A stretch of DNA of 59,206 nucleotides, the filler included, from Sphacelaria rigidula (lineage: Eukaryota): NCBI GenBank assembly GCA_964200075.2. It is 8 parts of 8 records of this genome, joined end to end, with 100 filler letters (N's around TTAATTAATTAA, not from the genome) between each part and the next. Parts side by side here need not be neighbours in the genome. Positions count along the whole stretch, not along the records: positions 37,068 to 44,380 come from CAXNAA020015492.1; positions 44,481 to 51,793 come from CAXNAA020015493.1; 6 more parts are not named here. One strand, 5' to 3'. The position numbers were made by a program, and so were the translations under genes. This document shows positions 37,068-47,926 of this stretch, in pieces; the first letter of the stretch is position 1; every line of letters begins with the position of its first letter. The notes beneath the pieces are model-generated. The model had not been told where the DNA came from. It worked only from the letters and a program-made list of their open reading frames with translations, and ran no database searches.

Positions 37068-37134
37068 GCGTACTCATTTGTTGCTTGCCTTAGTCGTTTG
37101 ACCATTGACCACGCATCCCTTTCGAGACGGAGCA
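37068..37134 (-). mobile_element. ~66-nt LINE 3'-end retrocopy
   Basis: Near-identical to 30250-30316; G tract at 37144-37164 on its 5' side; the contig breaks at its 3' end. Confidence 0.85.
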
Positions 37135-37299
37135 TGCTCACCAGGGGGGGGGGGGGGTGGGGGATATCTCGGTAACTCATCAGCCGAACAAAGCATGCAC
37201 CCCCAAAACGGAGTGGTGCACAGTTTTGGGATCGGTCGACAAATTGATCGGTTAGTCTGATTGGCCGAGAAAGCCCCACCGCGTGTACTGTCCTTGTTG

Positions 37300-39530
37300 T
37301 CTTCACAGTAAAACCCGTTCCGATATCTGCGCAGTACTCTGTACTGGGCATCCGATGCGGACGCCTTCCGTGGTCACAGGCTCACTACCCCAAAACAGGG
37401 TAAAATAAATTAGGAAAAATAAAATCAGACCCGCAAAAATCTCACAGACGCGACACAAAAAAATGCAAACGAATGAAAATGATAACGGTAATTATAAAAG
37501 AAGAAAGAGAAGGAAAAAATACTGCTGAGCTCTTAAGTTCCGATGCCGTATGTGACCATTCGGGCTACTGTTACGCAAAGCCCATTGGTCCAGTCAACAC
37601 GCGAGGCCAAGCAGGAAGGGAGTCAAACTAGAAATTGATCCACTCAACACGAGAATCCAAACAGAAAGGGAGAAAAACTCACGGACGAAGATCGCCAACC
37701 ATAGCAATGAGAATCGCAGGGTTCTATCCTTGTACCTCCAGAAGGACAGCCGTGTGTACGAATATACTAGACATCACAAGAAAAGTACTATATGACAACA
37801 CAACAACTTAGGGGAGGGGTGCATGGAAGTCAGCAATTAGTAGGGAGAAAAAAAGACAAGGGGAGATGATGGGGAGTCCTGACACTTCCGCCATGTTCAG
37901 TTCGTTACACGCTGGCTACGCATCCTTCCAGCTCCTCCCTTCTCTCCTCAAAGATCCCGTTTATGCACTTTTTCGGCTGGCCTCCTCCTCGTTCTGGTGC
38001 CGAGAGGTCATGAACCTCTCCGCTCCCTGCAGAACCCCCGCGTGTCACGGTATCCCCCCTTTCTTCTTCGCTGCTAAGGGTCAGAGAGCACTCTCAACTC
38101 CGAACGTCTGTCCGTTGTCGTCCGTAGAGCCGTTCGTAACCGAAAGCTTGAAAATTGTCCCTCAGGCACTTCAGCCAGTTTTTCTCCGGGCACCCTGGTC
38201 CTGGATCCTCCCCCCCCCCACGGGTGTTCCGAATGCCAGTCTCTTCGATAGTCTTCCGTGCGGTTGCCTAGCCAGGGCTCCCACGAACAGCAGTCACCGT
38301 TGCCGGACGATGGCTTAAGCGCTTTGGCATCCGGTTTTCTTAACGGTACACTAGCGGTTGCTGAGGACGTTACACTACCAGCTCCTCCTGCGGTTCATCA
38401 GGTACCGCGGCGTGCGTGGCACATACCGACAGTTATTTTACCGTAGTGCTCGCAGCGCGGGGCCCCACGTCATGCATGTGTATAGTAGGGCCTCAATCGC
38501 CTCCGCCTTCAGCAGTCGGACCTTGAGTCCCCACGGTACTTTCGGTCGGTCGAAGATCTCCCGGGGAAACTTTATGGTGCACGCCCACATGGCTCTGCTT
38601 CGGTTGTTGATCTCTTGTGTGAGCTCGCCGTCTTCGGTGACGAACCCACCCAGGTATCGGAACTTCGTGGTTTGTGCGTACTTCTAGCCCGCTACTTCGA
38701 TGACCAGTGGAAGAGGAAGTGTTGTTGGTGGCTCCCCCCTCTGTAGCAATTTTGTCGGTACTCGCATCAGCAGAGGCTCTGTCTTCTTCTCCGACACCGT
38801 CAGTCCGAAGGCCCCAAACACGTATACTATAACGGTCATCATCCTCGCCAGGCCGTCGGGGGACACGAGATGACGACGGCTGCGTCATCGGCATATAGCA
38901 TTCCCCACACCGCTGTCCGTACGCGTTCCCGTGGTGTTTTTGTCTCCATCGCCCTCTCGTCGTCGAGATATACCGTGTCCTTGAGGATGATGTCATCCTC
39001 TCTGAATCGCACGAGAACTGTCTCGAGCGCCGCAGCGAAACAAGTACTGAACTGCAGTGGAGACAACACACATCCTTGCCGCAGTCCCTGAGTGGCCTCA
39101 GACCACTGCGAGAGCTCCCCGTCGTCCATGCGTACACGGGCCTGCATGCTATATCGTGGAATTGGCGGATAACTGCCATCATCTCATCCGGAATACCAGG
39201 TCGGGCAAGTACCTGCCATAAAAGCTCTCGATTGACCGAATCATAGGACTTTTGGAGGTCGACGAAACACATGTATAATGGTATTCTCCGTCGCCGTCCC
39301 AGTTCCTGGAGTCGGCGCACCACAAACAACATATCGACGGTGGATCGATCAGGTCGGAAGCCGCACTGTTCCTCCGGCAGTATCCCATGGGCTTCAGGGT
39401 AGTCACCAAGGCGGTTGGCCACTATCTTCCACGTCACTTTCCCTGCGTGCGACACTAGTGAAATTCTCCGGTAGTTGTTACAGTTGGAGGGATCCAATTT
39501 CTTGTAGATCACTTTTATCGTAGCATATTT
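37300..39530 (-). mobile_element. 5'-truncated RTE-like LINE (RT, C-terminus, long 3' UTR), frameshifted
   Basis: NYRRISLVSHAGK, EEQCGFRPDRSTVD, FVDLQKSYDSVNR, QGLRQGCVLSP, WGMLYADD, GLTVSEKKTE. The 3' region matches 42655-43410. Confidence 0.95.
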
Positions 39531-39649
39531 TCACTCTCAAGTTTCGAAGAAAAAAACTATGGATATAGACACTACTTCGTCTTACTTGCAGGGTGCTTGG
39601 CAATTCCGTTTTTTTTTTGCAATTTTAGAGGGGTGATGCCGCGATAGTC

Positions 39650-40110
39650 CCCCCCCCCAGAGAAGTGGATGGTTTTACGAGGCAAAATCTACATGCGAAT
39701 CAAATGACAAAAGCCGAGCACACCGAGCAGCTGGAAGCGCCCACACTTGGGATTGTTTTCGCCAATGTTGCCCATATTAGCGCTCCATGCAGTCTGAAAC
39801 CAGCTGTCATGAGCGTTATGGCCATTTTCTTCGACAGTATTGGGACTGGTTTGGGGGGAAGGAGGTGGTTACTGATGGTCTTGCGTGCCGTCGTCATCAG
39901 ACCATCGACCTCGCATCTCTACAAAGCCAGGACGGAGCACGCCGGGTTTTCGCCGATACGGGCTTGCAATCAATCATCAAGCGCGAAGCACCGTGGTGTG
40001 TTCGGTGAGTTGCATGAGGGCTGAGCTGCATGCTGCTACGATTGTTCGGCCCGAAGCGCACTGAGTATCTTGCATATGGATGACAGCCTCCAATGGGTTG
40101 CTTCATTTTC
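39650..40110 (+). repeat. Longest copy of unclassified repeat family X
   Basis: Aligns with 36180-36400 (minus) at its start and with 29840-30085 at its end; begins at a C tract. Confidence 0.75.
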
Positions 40111-40319
40111 TGTGTGTTTATTTTTTGCGGAGGGGAAGAGGGGCTATCGTGGCGTCACGCAATGGGTTATCAAATGGTATTATTGATGTCTGTTCTCTAC
40201 ACGATCATACCGCGAAAAGCTCACACCTTTAGCTGGGATCACACGATATGCCGTAAAAAGTTGAAGCACGGCTCGTGCAGTGTAGCAAGTCAAAATCCGG
40301 GTATCGTGCCATCGGCTGC

Positions 40320-40920
40320 GAAATCACGTCTTGAATGCTTACCAGCATAGTCCTTACCACCGATAGTTTGTGGCGGAGAGATTTGTGTGCAGCAGTGTTC
40401 ATGCGAATATTGCCCAATACCCAGTTCTCGCTGAAAATCCGCCTGAAAAAAGCAGAGGTGAGGGAAGCTGTGTTGTATGCATGCGGACTCTGCACCCCGA
40501 GGGTGTCGAAATTCTGCGCACTGCCAACCATAAGCTTTTACTGCGAACAATGGGTCTCCGCAGGAGGGATAGCACTGGGTGCGAGCCTTTTTTGTGCGGA
40601 TCTATGCTCGAGGTGACCCAATGCGAGCTTATCGACACGACCTCAGCAGTATCGACTCTGGTTAGCGGGGGTCCTTGTCCGGCAGCATACATGAAACACG
40701 TCCTCAGAAGCCCGTCATGTTCGGGCGGTTGGTCCACACAAGGGTCCAATTAGGCTGCCCGGCCTCCAAAACACTAAGGGGAACGCCCCCAGGATAACCT
40801 GCATACGCTTGGGGTTGTCCCACCAAGGGGAAAACGAAGGAGATGAGTTGTATAAGGAACATAGGTCAAAGACTCGTAAGACTCGGTCACTGTCGCCAAG
40901 AACCTTGGCAAATGGCGTCT
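40320..40920 (+). mobile_element. Degenerate RTE-like LINE C-terminal fragment
   Basis: LKIRLKKAEVREAVLYAC, ILRTANHKLLLRTMG. Confidence 0.7.
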
Positions 40921-40959
40921 ACGGGTCGAGCGTTGCACCTTCATCGAGATGGCGATCGG

Positions 40960-42410
40960 ACTGAGTGCTCACCAGAGTTACCTGCCCAGCTCTTTCTAGG
41001 AAAACTCCCTTTATGGGCAGCCCCTTTCTCTCCTCGTCCCCCACGACACTGCGATAGCCGCCTGGTCGAGTACTTCCTCCCAACATTCTCTGAGGCGCCG
41101 AACGCATTCCACTGTTATGCTGGGGAATTCGAGGGTGATCAAATGATACGTGTCCTTGACGGGCGCAGTGTGCGCCTTTGCGGACATAGGATATTGCGGC
41201 CGCAGGGCAGTCGGTGTCAGTGCTTCTCCGCTGGAGATGTCCGGCCGCGTGGGGGTTGGCGTGAGAAACGTCGACCAAGATACCCTTTTCCCGTCAGATG
41301 GGCTGTTGGAGGCGTCCCGAAGTTCTTCGGCCGGGGTGACGATGTATCCCTGTAGTCTCTGAACAGAAGCAAACAGGGTACCATCCTCCACCGTTGTCTT
41401 CACTCTTAGCCGCTTGAAGAGTGACGCTTCTTCGTGGACCGGCGGTTCGTATTCCCCTGGACCCTCGCGCGGTGACACAAGCGCGCATGGAGGGTGGTGA
41501 CATTCACTGTGCCGCATACCGGACATCGTGGGGCCATAAAGGGCTTGATGCCGAGGAACCTCCTCGCCAACAGTTTGTACTGTAGCGGTGAGATGATCCT
41601 GACGGTATCGTAAGGCTGGGTTCCCTGGACCGCCAGCGCCCCGTTTCCAGGCATACGTTGATACCTCGCTCCTGTCCCAGGAGCGGATTCTCCGCCGACA
41701 AACGGGTCATCCGGGCTCGTTGGTCGACCAGCCCAGGGGCAGATCAGCTAGCTGCTGCAGTAGTATCAACGTATTGATTTTATACAAGAGGTGAACCACC
41801 TTGCCTTGCTAACGGCCGGAGCCTGCACCTGACGACGCGTCATGTTCAGCAAGGAGATCTGTGGTCAGAGTTTGTAGCATTCTGCCGGCGTTCCATTCTC
41901 CGTGGGCCCACGTGACTAACCTTAGTGATAGTACGGCCGCTGTTTGGTCGGTGCTGACCCCGACATGTTCGGCCAGCACCTGGAGGGTCGGCGCCAGCGA
42001 CGTCACCATGGGGGCATGGGAGAGCTTGACCCTCAATCGCACGCCCAAGAGCCGCTATAAATCAGCGCTGTTCAATTACGGCATTCCACGAAAACTCCCC
42101 GCAGTCGCGGACGTGCGTCTAGTCACTGCTTAGGCGAGGCCTAGTCCCCTGGAACCAGGCGGCAAGACGGTCTGAGGCCGTTAGTGGAGCACGAGCTGCA
42201 CTTGCCCTAAGGATGAGTTAGAGTCGAAGGAGATTTGCTCGTCTGCGGTCTGCGGTAGCTCCATGATGTGCTCCAACACCCATGGTCCTCCGAGGTCGGC
42301 TCGCGCGCAGGCCAGCTTCGACAGGTCGACATCCATCATGTGCTTGCTCCAAGGAGCAGGTCTTCAATTCCTTGAACTTCGAGGTGATGAGCATCGCCGC
42401 TTGTTTGCCG
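40960..42410 (-). mobile_element. Degenerate CRE-like non-LTR retrotransposon (post-RT region, CCHC finger, restriction-like endonuclease)
   Basis: LPPGSRGLGL, RRFLGI..CPVCGTVNVTTLHARLC, YIV..ELRDAS..VDVSHANP, ITVECVRRL; the order matches RLE-type LINEs. Confidence 0.7.
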
Positions 42411-42654
42411 GACATAGGCGAAAACTAATAATACCTATTCGCGTAAAAACTTTCAAAACTGCGCGGGCCATGCGTTAACGTTTCGCGGTATGCCATTTTA
42501 TCGTTACGGATGTTGCTACAAGTGCTGTTGACTGCTGCTTCTGCTCATTAGATACATGCTACCAAATATGCACTGTATAAAATCCGTTTGCCCGTCTGAA
42601 ACTACAGAATCAAAATCGCCAGGTAACCTGCAAGCATTATATATTCGGTGTTAC

Positions 42655-43410
42655 TGAGAGAGGGGAGTGATACCGTGGTACGCGGGGGTGATGCAGGGAG
42701 CGGAGAGGTCCATGACCTCATGGCATAAGGACGAGGAGAAGGTCAGCCGAATACGTGCGATTAAACGGGACGTCAACTAAACCAACGCAACAGCAACGAT
42801 GGCTCAGAGGAGGGTGGGGGATAAACAGGGTAATAATCGCAGAAATATCCAAATTGAGGATACCAATGCGGCCGAAGAGAGCAGGAAGGATATGGCAGAA
42901 CGTGTAGCCAGATATGTACCGGACTGAACATGGCGGAGGTGGCAGGTCTTTCTTTTTGTTACTATTTCCTGCCTTTCAATGCACCCCGCCCCTAAGATGG
43001 TGTGTTGCTATGTGGTGCTTCTCTTGTTATGCCTAGTATATTTGTGCATGTAGCTATCCCTCTAGAGGCAAAAGGATCGAGTCATACGACTCTTACTGCT
43101 ATGGCTGGTGATATTTGGTTTTTGAGTTTGGCTCCCTTTCTGTTTGGCTTCGCGTGTCGAGTGAAAACATTAGGTTCTGCCTCCGTTCGTCCGAATGGTC
43201 GCCTGCGGCACCGGAATTTGTGAGGTCAGCAGTATTTCTCTTTTACTTTGTTTAGCGTCTGCGTGAGTTTTTCTGGGTCCTACTGTGTTTTGCGTTGATT
43301 TCCTTACACCTCATTTTGGGTAGATAGCCTGTGACCGCGGAAGGCGTCCGCATCAGACGCCCAGTACGGCGTACTGCGCAGACATCGGAACGGTTCTTGA
43401 TGTGAAAAAA
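42655..43410 (+). mobile_element. 3' end (ORF tail and 3' UTR) of the same RTE family as 37300-39530
   Basis: GATACCGTG..ACGCGGGGGT..TGCAGGGAGCGGAGAGGT.CATGACCTC and GCCTGTGACC.CGGAAGGCGTCCGCATC are shared. Confidence 0.85.
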
Positions 43411-43528
43411 ACAACAGCTGAAAAATCAGGTGCTTCAACACACACACATATATATATATACATACATATATTCGACTTTTTTTCTGTTCATTATTTTCTT
43501 GAGCTTGTGTTTTTGTTTCGTTTTCCTT

Positions 43529-43598
43529 GGGTACGTCTATGATGCGACCACGGCTGGACCCATGGGTGGTCAGTTAAAGTACGACAATCAATCAATCA
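43529..43598 (+). mobile_element. (CAAT)n-tailed 3' end, copy E
   Basis: GGGTACGTCTATGATGCGACCACGGCTGGACCCATGGGTGGTCAGTTAAAGTACGA(CAAT)3. Confidence 0.85.
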
Positions 43599-44019
43599 AA
43601 TAAATAAATCATTCATATATATATTGAGACCTCCTAGGCGTGTGTATATATGGATGGGGAAAGGACATAGGCGACGCACCCCCTGGCGGGTAATTCACCC
43701 CGGCCCCAGCCTGGTAGAGGTACAGGATGCAACCATGCAATTCTTATTGGTATTTGGTGATGAGTCATGCCACGGTAGGGGTTGCACATTTGGGCTCAGA
43801 TATTTCTCATTGAGAGACTCCTAAAGTTAGGAACTGTGGAAGAATGTAAGACAGGAAATCCTCATTTTTTAAATTCACTCTAGATATACCTAGCCCATCG
43901 GAATGCTAATCGTGGTGACGTGCTCTCACGAATTTCATATTTCGACTATTTTAGATGAAGAACCCCTAATAATTCAAGCCTCAGAAATATTTGTGCAACC
44001 TTAACGGGGCATGACTCTG

Positions 44020-44250
44020 ATCTTTTGTTCCCGAGTTTGACTTTATTTCTGTTTGGCGGCGAGTGGGAACGCTAGGCTCTGCCTTCAATAGTCCGAATGG
44101 CCACCTGCAGCACCAGATCTTCTGAGATTAGCAGATTTTCTTTTTAATTTTAATCGCGTCTGTGCTCATTTTTTATGGGCATTATTTGAGTTAGTTGATT
44201 TCCGTACACCTTAATTCGGGTAGTTAGCCTGTGATCACGGGAGGCGCTTC
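44020..44250 (+). mobile_element. Third, shorter copy of the RTE 3' UTR
   Basis: TAGG.TCTGCCT...GTCCGAATGG..CCTGC.GCACC...GGGTAG.TAGCCTGTGA matches 43120-43345. Confidence 0.8.
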
Positions 44251-44298
44251 CCCAACCGCTGAACGACAGAGGGGGTGAGGCAATATCATTACAGTATC

Positions 44299-44329
<31 letters not shown>

Positions 44330-44380
44330 TTTCTTCTTTTCCTGCCTCCCCCCCCTCCTCTCCCCCTCCCTCGCGTCATG

Positions 44381-44480
44381 NNNNNNNNNNNNNNNNNNNN
44401 NNNNNNNNNNNNNNNNNNNNNNNNTTAATTAATTAANNNNNNNNNNNNNNNNNNNNNNNNNNNNNNNNNNNNNNNNNNNN
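44381..44480. other. Artificial contig spacer
   Basis: N44-TTAATTAATTAA-N44. Confidence 0.98.
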
Positions 44481-44840
44481 GAACGGGTCGGAGGGGGCCG
44501 GCGGGGGGCGGGGTGGGGGAGAGGGGGGGGGGGGGGGTTGCAGAGATACCCCAAAAGGTAGTTTTTCAATAATTCGGTGAGACAAGATTGAGTTCACGAG
44601 TGTGGTGTCGTCCTTCGTTTCCAGTTGCATTACCTCAACATGATTATTTGCTTACTCGAACAGTTGCCGCACTCCCCACTTTTGGCATGTGGGTAAGGCA
44701 ACACAAACCCCCTCCAAGGAACCTGGGCAAATGATAGATGCAGCATCGATTTCAAGATTAATCTCCTCTGCACACCGCGGGCGGCGTTCGGGGTATTTTG
44801 TTTTTCATTTCTCTTGGCTGACCCGTGGAGGTTGTGTCAC

Positions 44841-45020
44841 CTGCCGATCGTTGTTAGGGCTGCCCTTGACGCCCAGCTCGAGACGCCGAGCTGTCGGCGA
44901 GTCTGCATAGCATCCCAGATCCTTTGACTCGGTGGCTGCCTGCGCGCCGATGACAACAATAAAGTACGGAGCGAAAAGAGCTGTGACGTGGAGAAGTACC
45001 GCGGAGAGATCCACATCCAT
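44841..45020 (-). CDS. Candidate first exon of a secreted WSC-domain protein
   Basis: MDVDLSAVLLHVTALFAPYFIVVIGAQA is signal-peptide-like, followed by DLGCYADSPTARRL (WSC start motif LGCY.D....R.L) and a CAG|GTGACA donor. The next exon was not identified. Confidence 0.5.
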
Positions 45021-47199
45021 CCCATTTCCCGGCAATCAACGTACTTGTGACGGACGCCCAATGGTTGCGTCAGCGTACCGGAAGCATCGGCATACGAAAA
45101 CCAACTTCCTCTCGATATGCTCCGACTCTGGTGCAACAACCATTTGCGATTTTTAAAAACTCATTTGAACTGTGGGTATCGCATGCCCATGCGAATGGAA
45201 AACAGGAAAATCATCGATACAATCGAAGCAGGGCAACGGATTCCTGAGATGGACGGCCGAAAACAAAACAATTTTGAAATGTGGAAAAAATAAAAATTAA
45301 GAAGACAAAAACAAATGTTAATTGACGACGAACTCGCGTGAGCCCCCCTCGACCGGACACCGCGTGCTGTTCCGAATGGCTGGCAAGACTTTCTCGTCCC
45401 CCGATGTTTCCTCGTTCCGTCAGTTTCTATGCTTGCTTGTTGCGTAAAAATAGACATTTAGCGGCATGCGCACGGGTGCTGCGTCAATGCACCGATGGAT
45501 TGATCGGCGTTTTTCCTCCGCGAAACTCGATCTTGGTGCCAAGAAATAATTTTCGTCACAATGAATATTGTGTGAATCTTTTCTACTGGTTGCTGTTTTC
45601 AGCCCATGGCTAACACGGATGATCTTCGATTCATTTGAGAGACCGAGGAAAACTCATCAAAGCATGAAGCTACAGCAATCAAGCATTTTTATCTAGCCGG
45701 TTTTATCCTTGTTCCCCTCTTCTCTGCTTTGTGCCCACGCGTATACATAGTCATGTCACTGCTGTTGGTGACGAACCATCGTGACAAAGTTAGTAGGCGT
45801 CACATCCGATCTCAAGACTGAAACAAAATTGAACAAGGATTTGCGACCTGAAAGCAGTCTTCATTTTATCATCGGCAAATCGGGAACATGTTGTGTCGTG
45901 CCTTGCAAGGTTGTGTTTTATACTATATGTAGGGTATACACCCGAAAGTAGGGGATTCAGGGATGGCATACTACACCATGCGGAACCGTGTATCGAACAT
46001 TCTGGTGTGGTCCGGGAGGGTATCGAGCTTTGAGCCTTGCCCCGAACAATCCGGTATGGTTTGAAAGGCCATTTACTGATGAAAAAGAAACCTCTTTCGT
46101 GCTTTGTGAACACCCGAATTTCACCCGGTATACCTACAGAACACAACCCTTGTACCTTGGTGTTTCCGTTGTCATCTCCCCACATCGTGTCACCCCCCCC
46201 CAAACGAGCATGACACTGAATCCTGTAATACTCTCTAGTGATGCACCCAGTGTGAGTCTCACCGTTTGGAGCAAGCGCCCTGGGAAAAAATGAGCTCCCC
46301 TGATGCTGCTGTCTGCCGCAGCTGCGCCCGTGTCTTTCGACACTGAAGCCGCCGCGGATACGACTGCTGTGAGCCGTCCCCACCTCATGGTTTTCAGTTC
46401 AGAAAGGGCACACTTCTTGTAGTATTATGCCTAGGGTGTCCGTAGAGGGAGTAGGTCCCGCTCGTGACGGCGGGTGGCCAATTCTTGAGCGCGTGTGCCT
46501 GATGTGTGTTTGAACCAGGGAGCAAATGTAGAGTGATCGAGGGTGTGGAGGCGCAAGCTGAATGGAGAGGATGAGGTTTTGGATCTTTTGGGTTAGCATT
46601 CCAGACTCCAGGATCTAACATTCATCACCGAGGTTCAGCGGTCCCCAACACGTTCGATTAGGAGAAAATAGGAGAACCCAAGGCACAGAGCGGGCTGTTT
46701 ATAACATAAATAGTAGGTGAAGGAGAATTATCAATTATCAAGTGAGCGGCGTCTTGATATTTCAGGGAATGCAGCATTGCGTATAAACCCACGACAGAAC
46801 GAGTACACATGCACCCATAGATTGCTCAACACCACTACTGACAGATTTAGTCTACTGAATTACTCCAGAGTATGCAGTGGTTCGATCGAATGCATTTGGT
46901 TCCATTTTGATGGGCGAGTATCAACCGACCTGTTGGGCTAACATTCAAGATTGTGAAGTCCTTTTACGACGGAACGCACAGTTTTCTTTCCTATTGAATG
47001 TTGGGATTGAGATGTGCGACGTGATCGCAAAATTCATTATTGATAGTTGACGCGCAGTTGCTTTTGTTGAATCGCAACCCTACGGCTCAACATGTTTAGA
47101 ACTTACGTGTCTCCGCCCCGCTCCGAACTGAAGAGTTATGTAGAAAGAGTGAATTTGACGGATGTACGCGAGACGATCGCCAAACTTCATGGTCGACAC

Positions 47200-47403
47200 T
47201 GTAATCCGTGAGAGGACCGCGTGCTTAGAGGACCGCGCCGTACAATAGTCCAAAACACCTCAGGATCGACGTTTTTCAAAACCAATCGGGCCAGTCCCTG
47301 CAGGTAACACGCCCCTAACACTAACCCTGACTCTAACCTTAACCATAGGGATGTTCAAATTCCGATGCGGTCCTCTGAGCACGCGGTCCTCTCACGCATT
47401 ACA
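47200..47403. mobile_element. 204-bp MITE with TGT...ACA ends (Ginger-like) and internal telomere-like hexamers
   Basis: ~37-bp TIRs TGTAAT(C/G)CGTGAGAGGACCGCGTGCT(T/C)AGAGGACCGC; 5-bp TSD GACAC (47195-47199, 47404-47408); internal CCCTAA variants. Confidence 0.85.
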
Positions 47404-47721
47404 GACACATCCATACTCGCTTTGTTGACCCGCAGGCCTACTACGAAACACTTCTGGAACAGGTCCCTGGATCGTCCGTGCTGTTGCAAATAAATGCGGC
47501 GATACTTCCGGCTCGCGGCTGACTCTTCGACAAACGCTTGTGCCGCATTTGCAGCGGACAGCACCGCGATGACATTTTGCGATACAGGGGGATCATCCGC
47601 GGTTTTCAAGCCCTGGGATGTACATGTCGCTGCCGTGTCGTCCATATCGGTTGTCGAGTTTGAAAGGGACAGACTGAAACTTATTGCCCAGTGCCGATGT
47701 TCTCTGGAGCCTAGACAAGTC

Positions 47722-47926
47722 TGTAATGTGTGAGAGGACCGCGTGCGTAAAGGACCGCATCGGAAATTGAACATCTCTATGGTAAGGGTTAGGTTTAGTG
47801 TTGGGGTTAGGGTCAGGGGCGTGGTCCCTGCAGGGACTGGCCGGAGTGGTTTTGAAAATCGCCGATCCTGACGTGTTTCGAAGTGCGATGCGGTCCCGTA
47901 AGAACGCGGTCCTCTCACGCATGACG
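47722..47926. mobile_element. Second, older copy of the same MITE in the opposite orientation
   Basis: Same TIRs, degenerate at the right end; interior is the reverse complement of 47200-47403. Confidence 0.8.

Noticed and set aside
47200-47926. Composite (Pack-type) transposon formed by the two inverted MITEs
   Set aside because: The left copy has its own GACAC TSD and the outer flanks do not match, so the insertions were independent.
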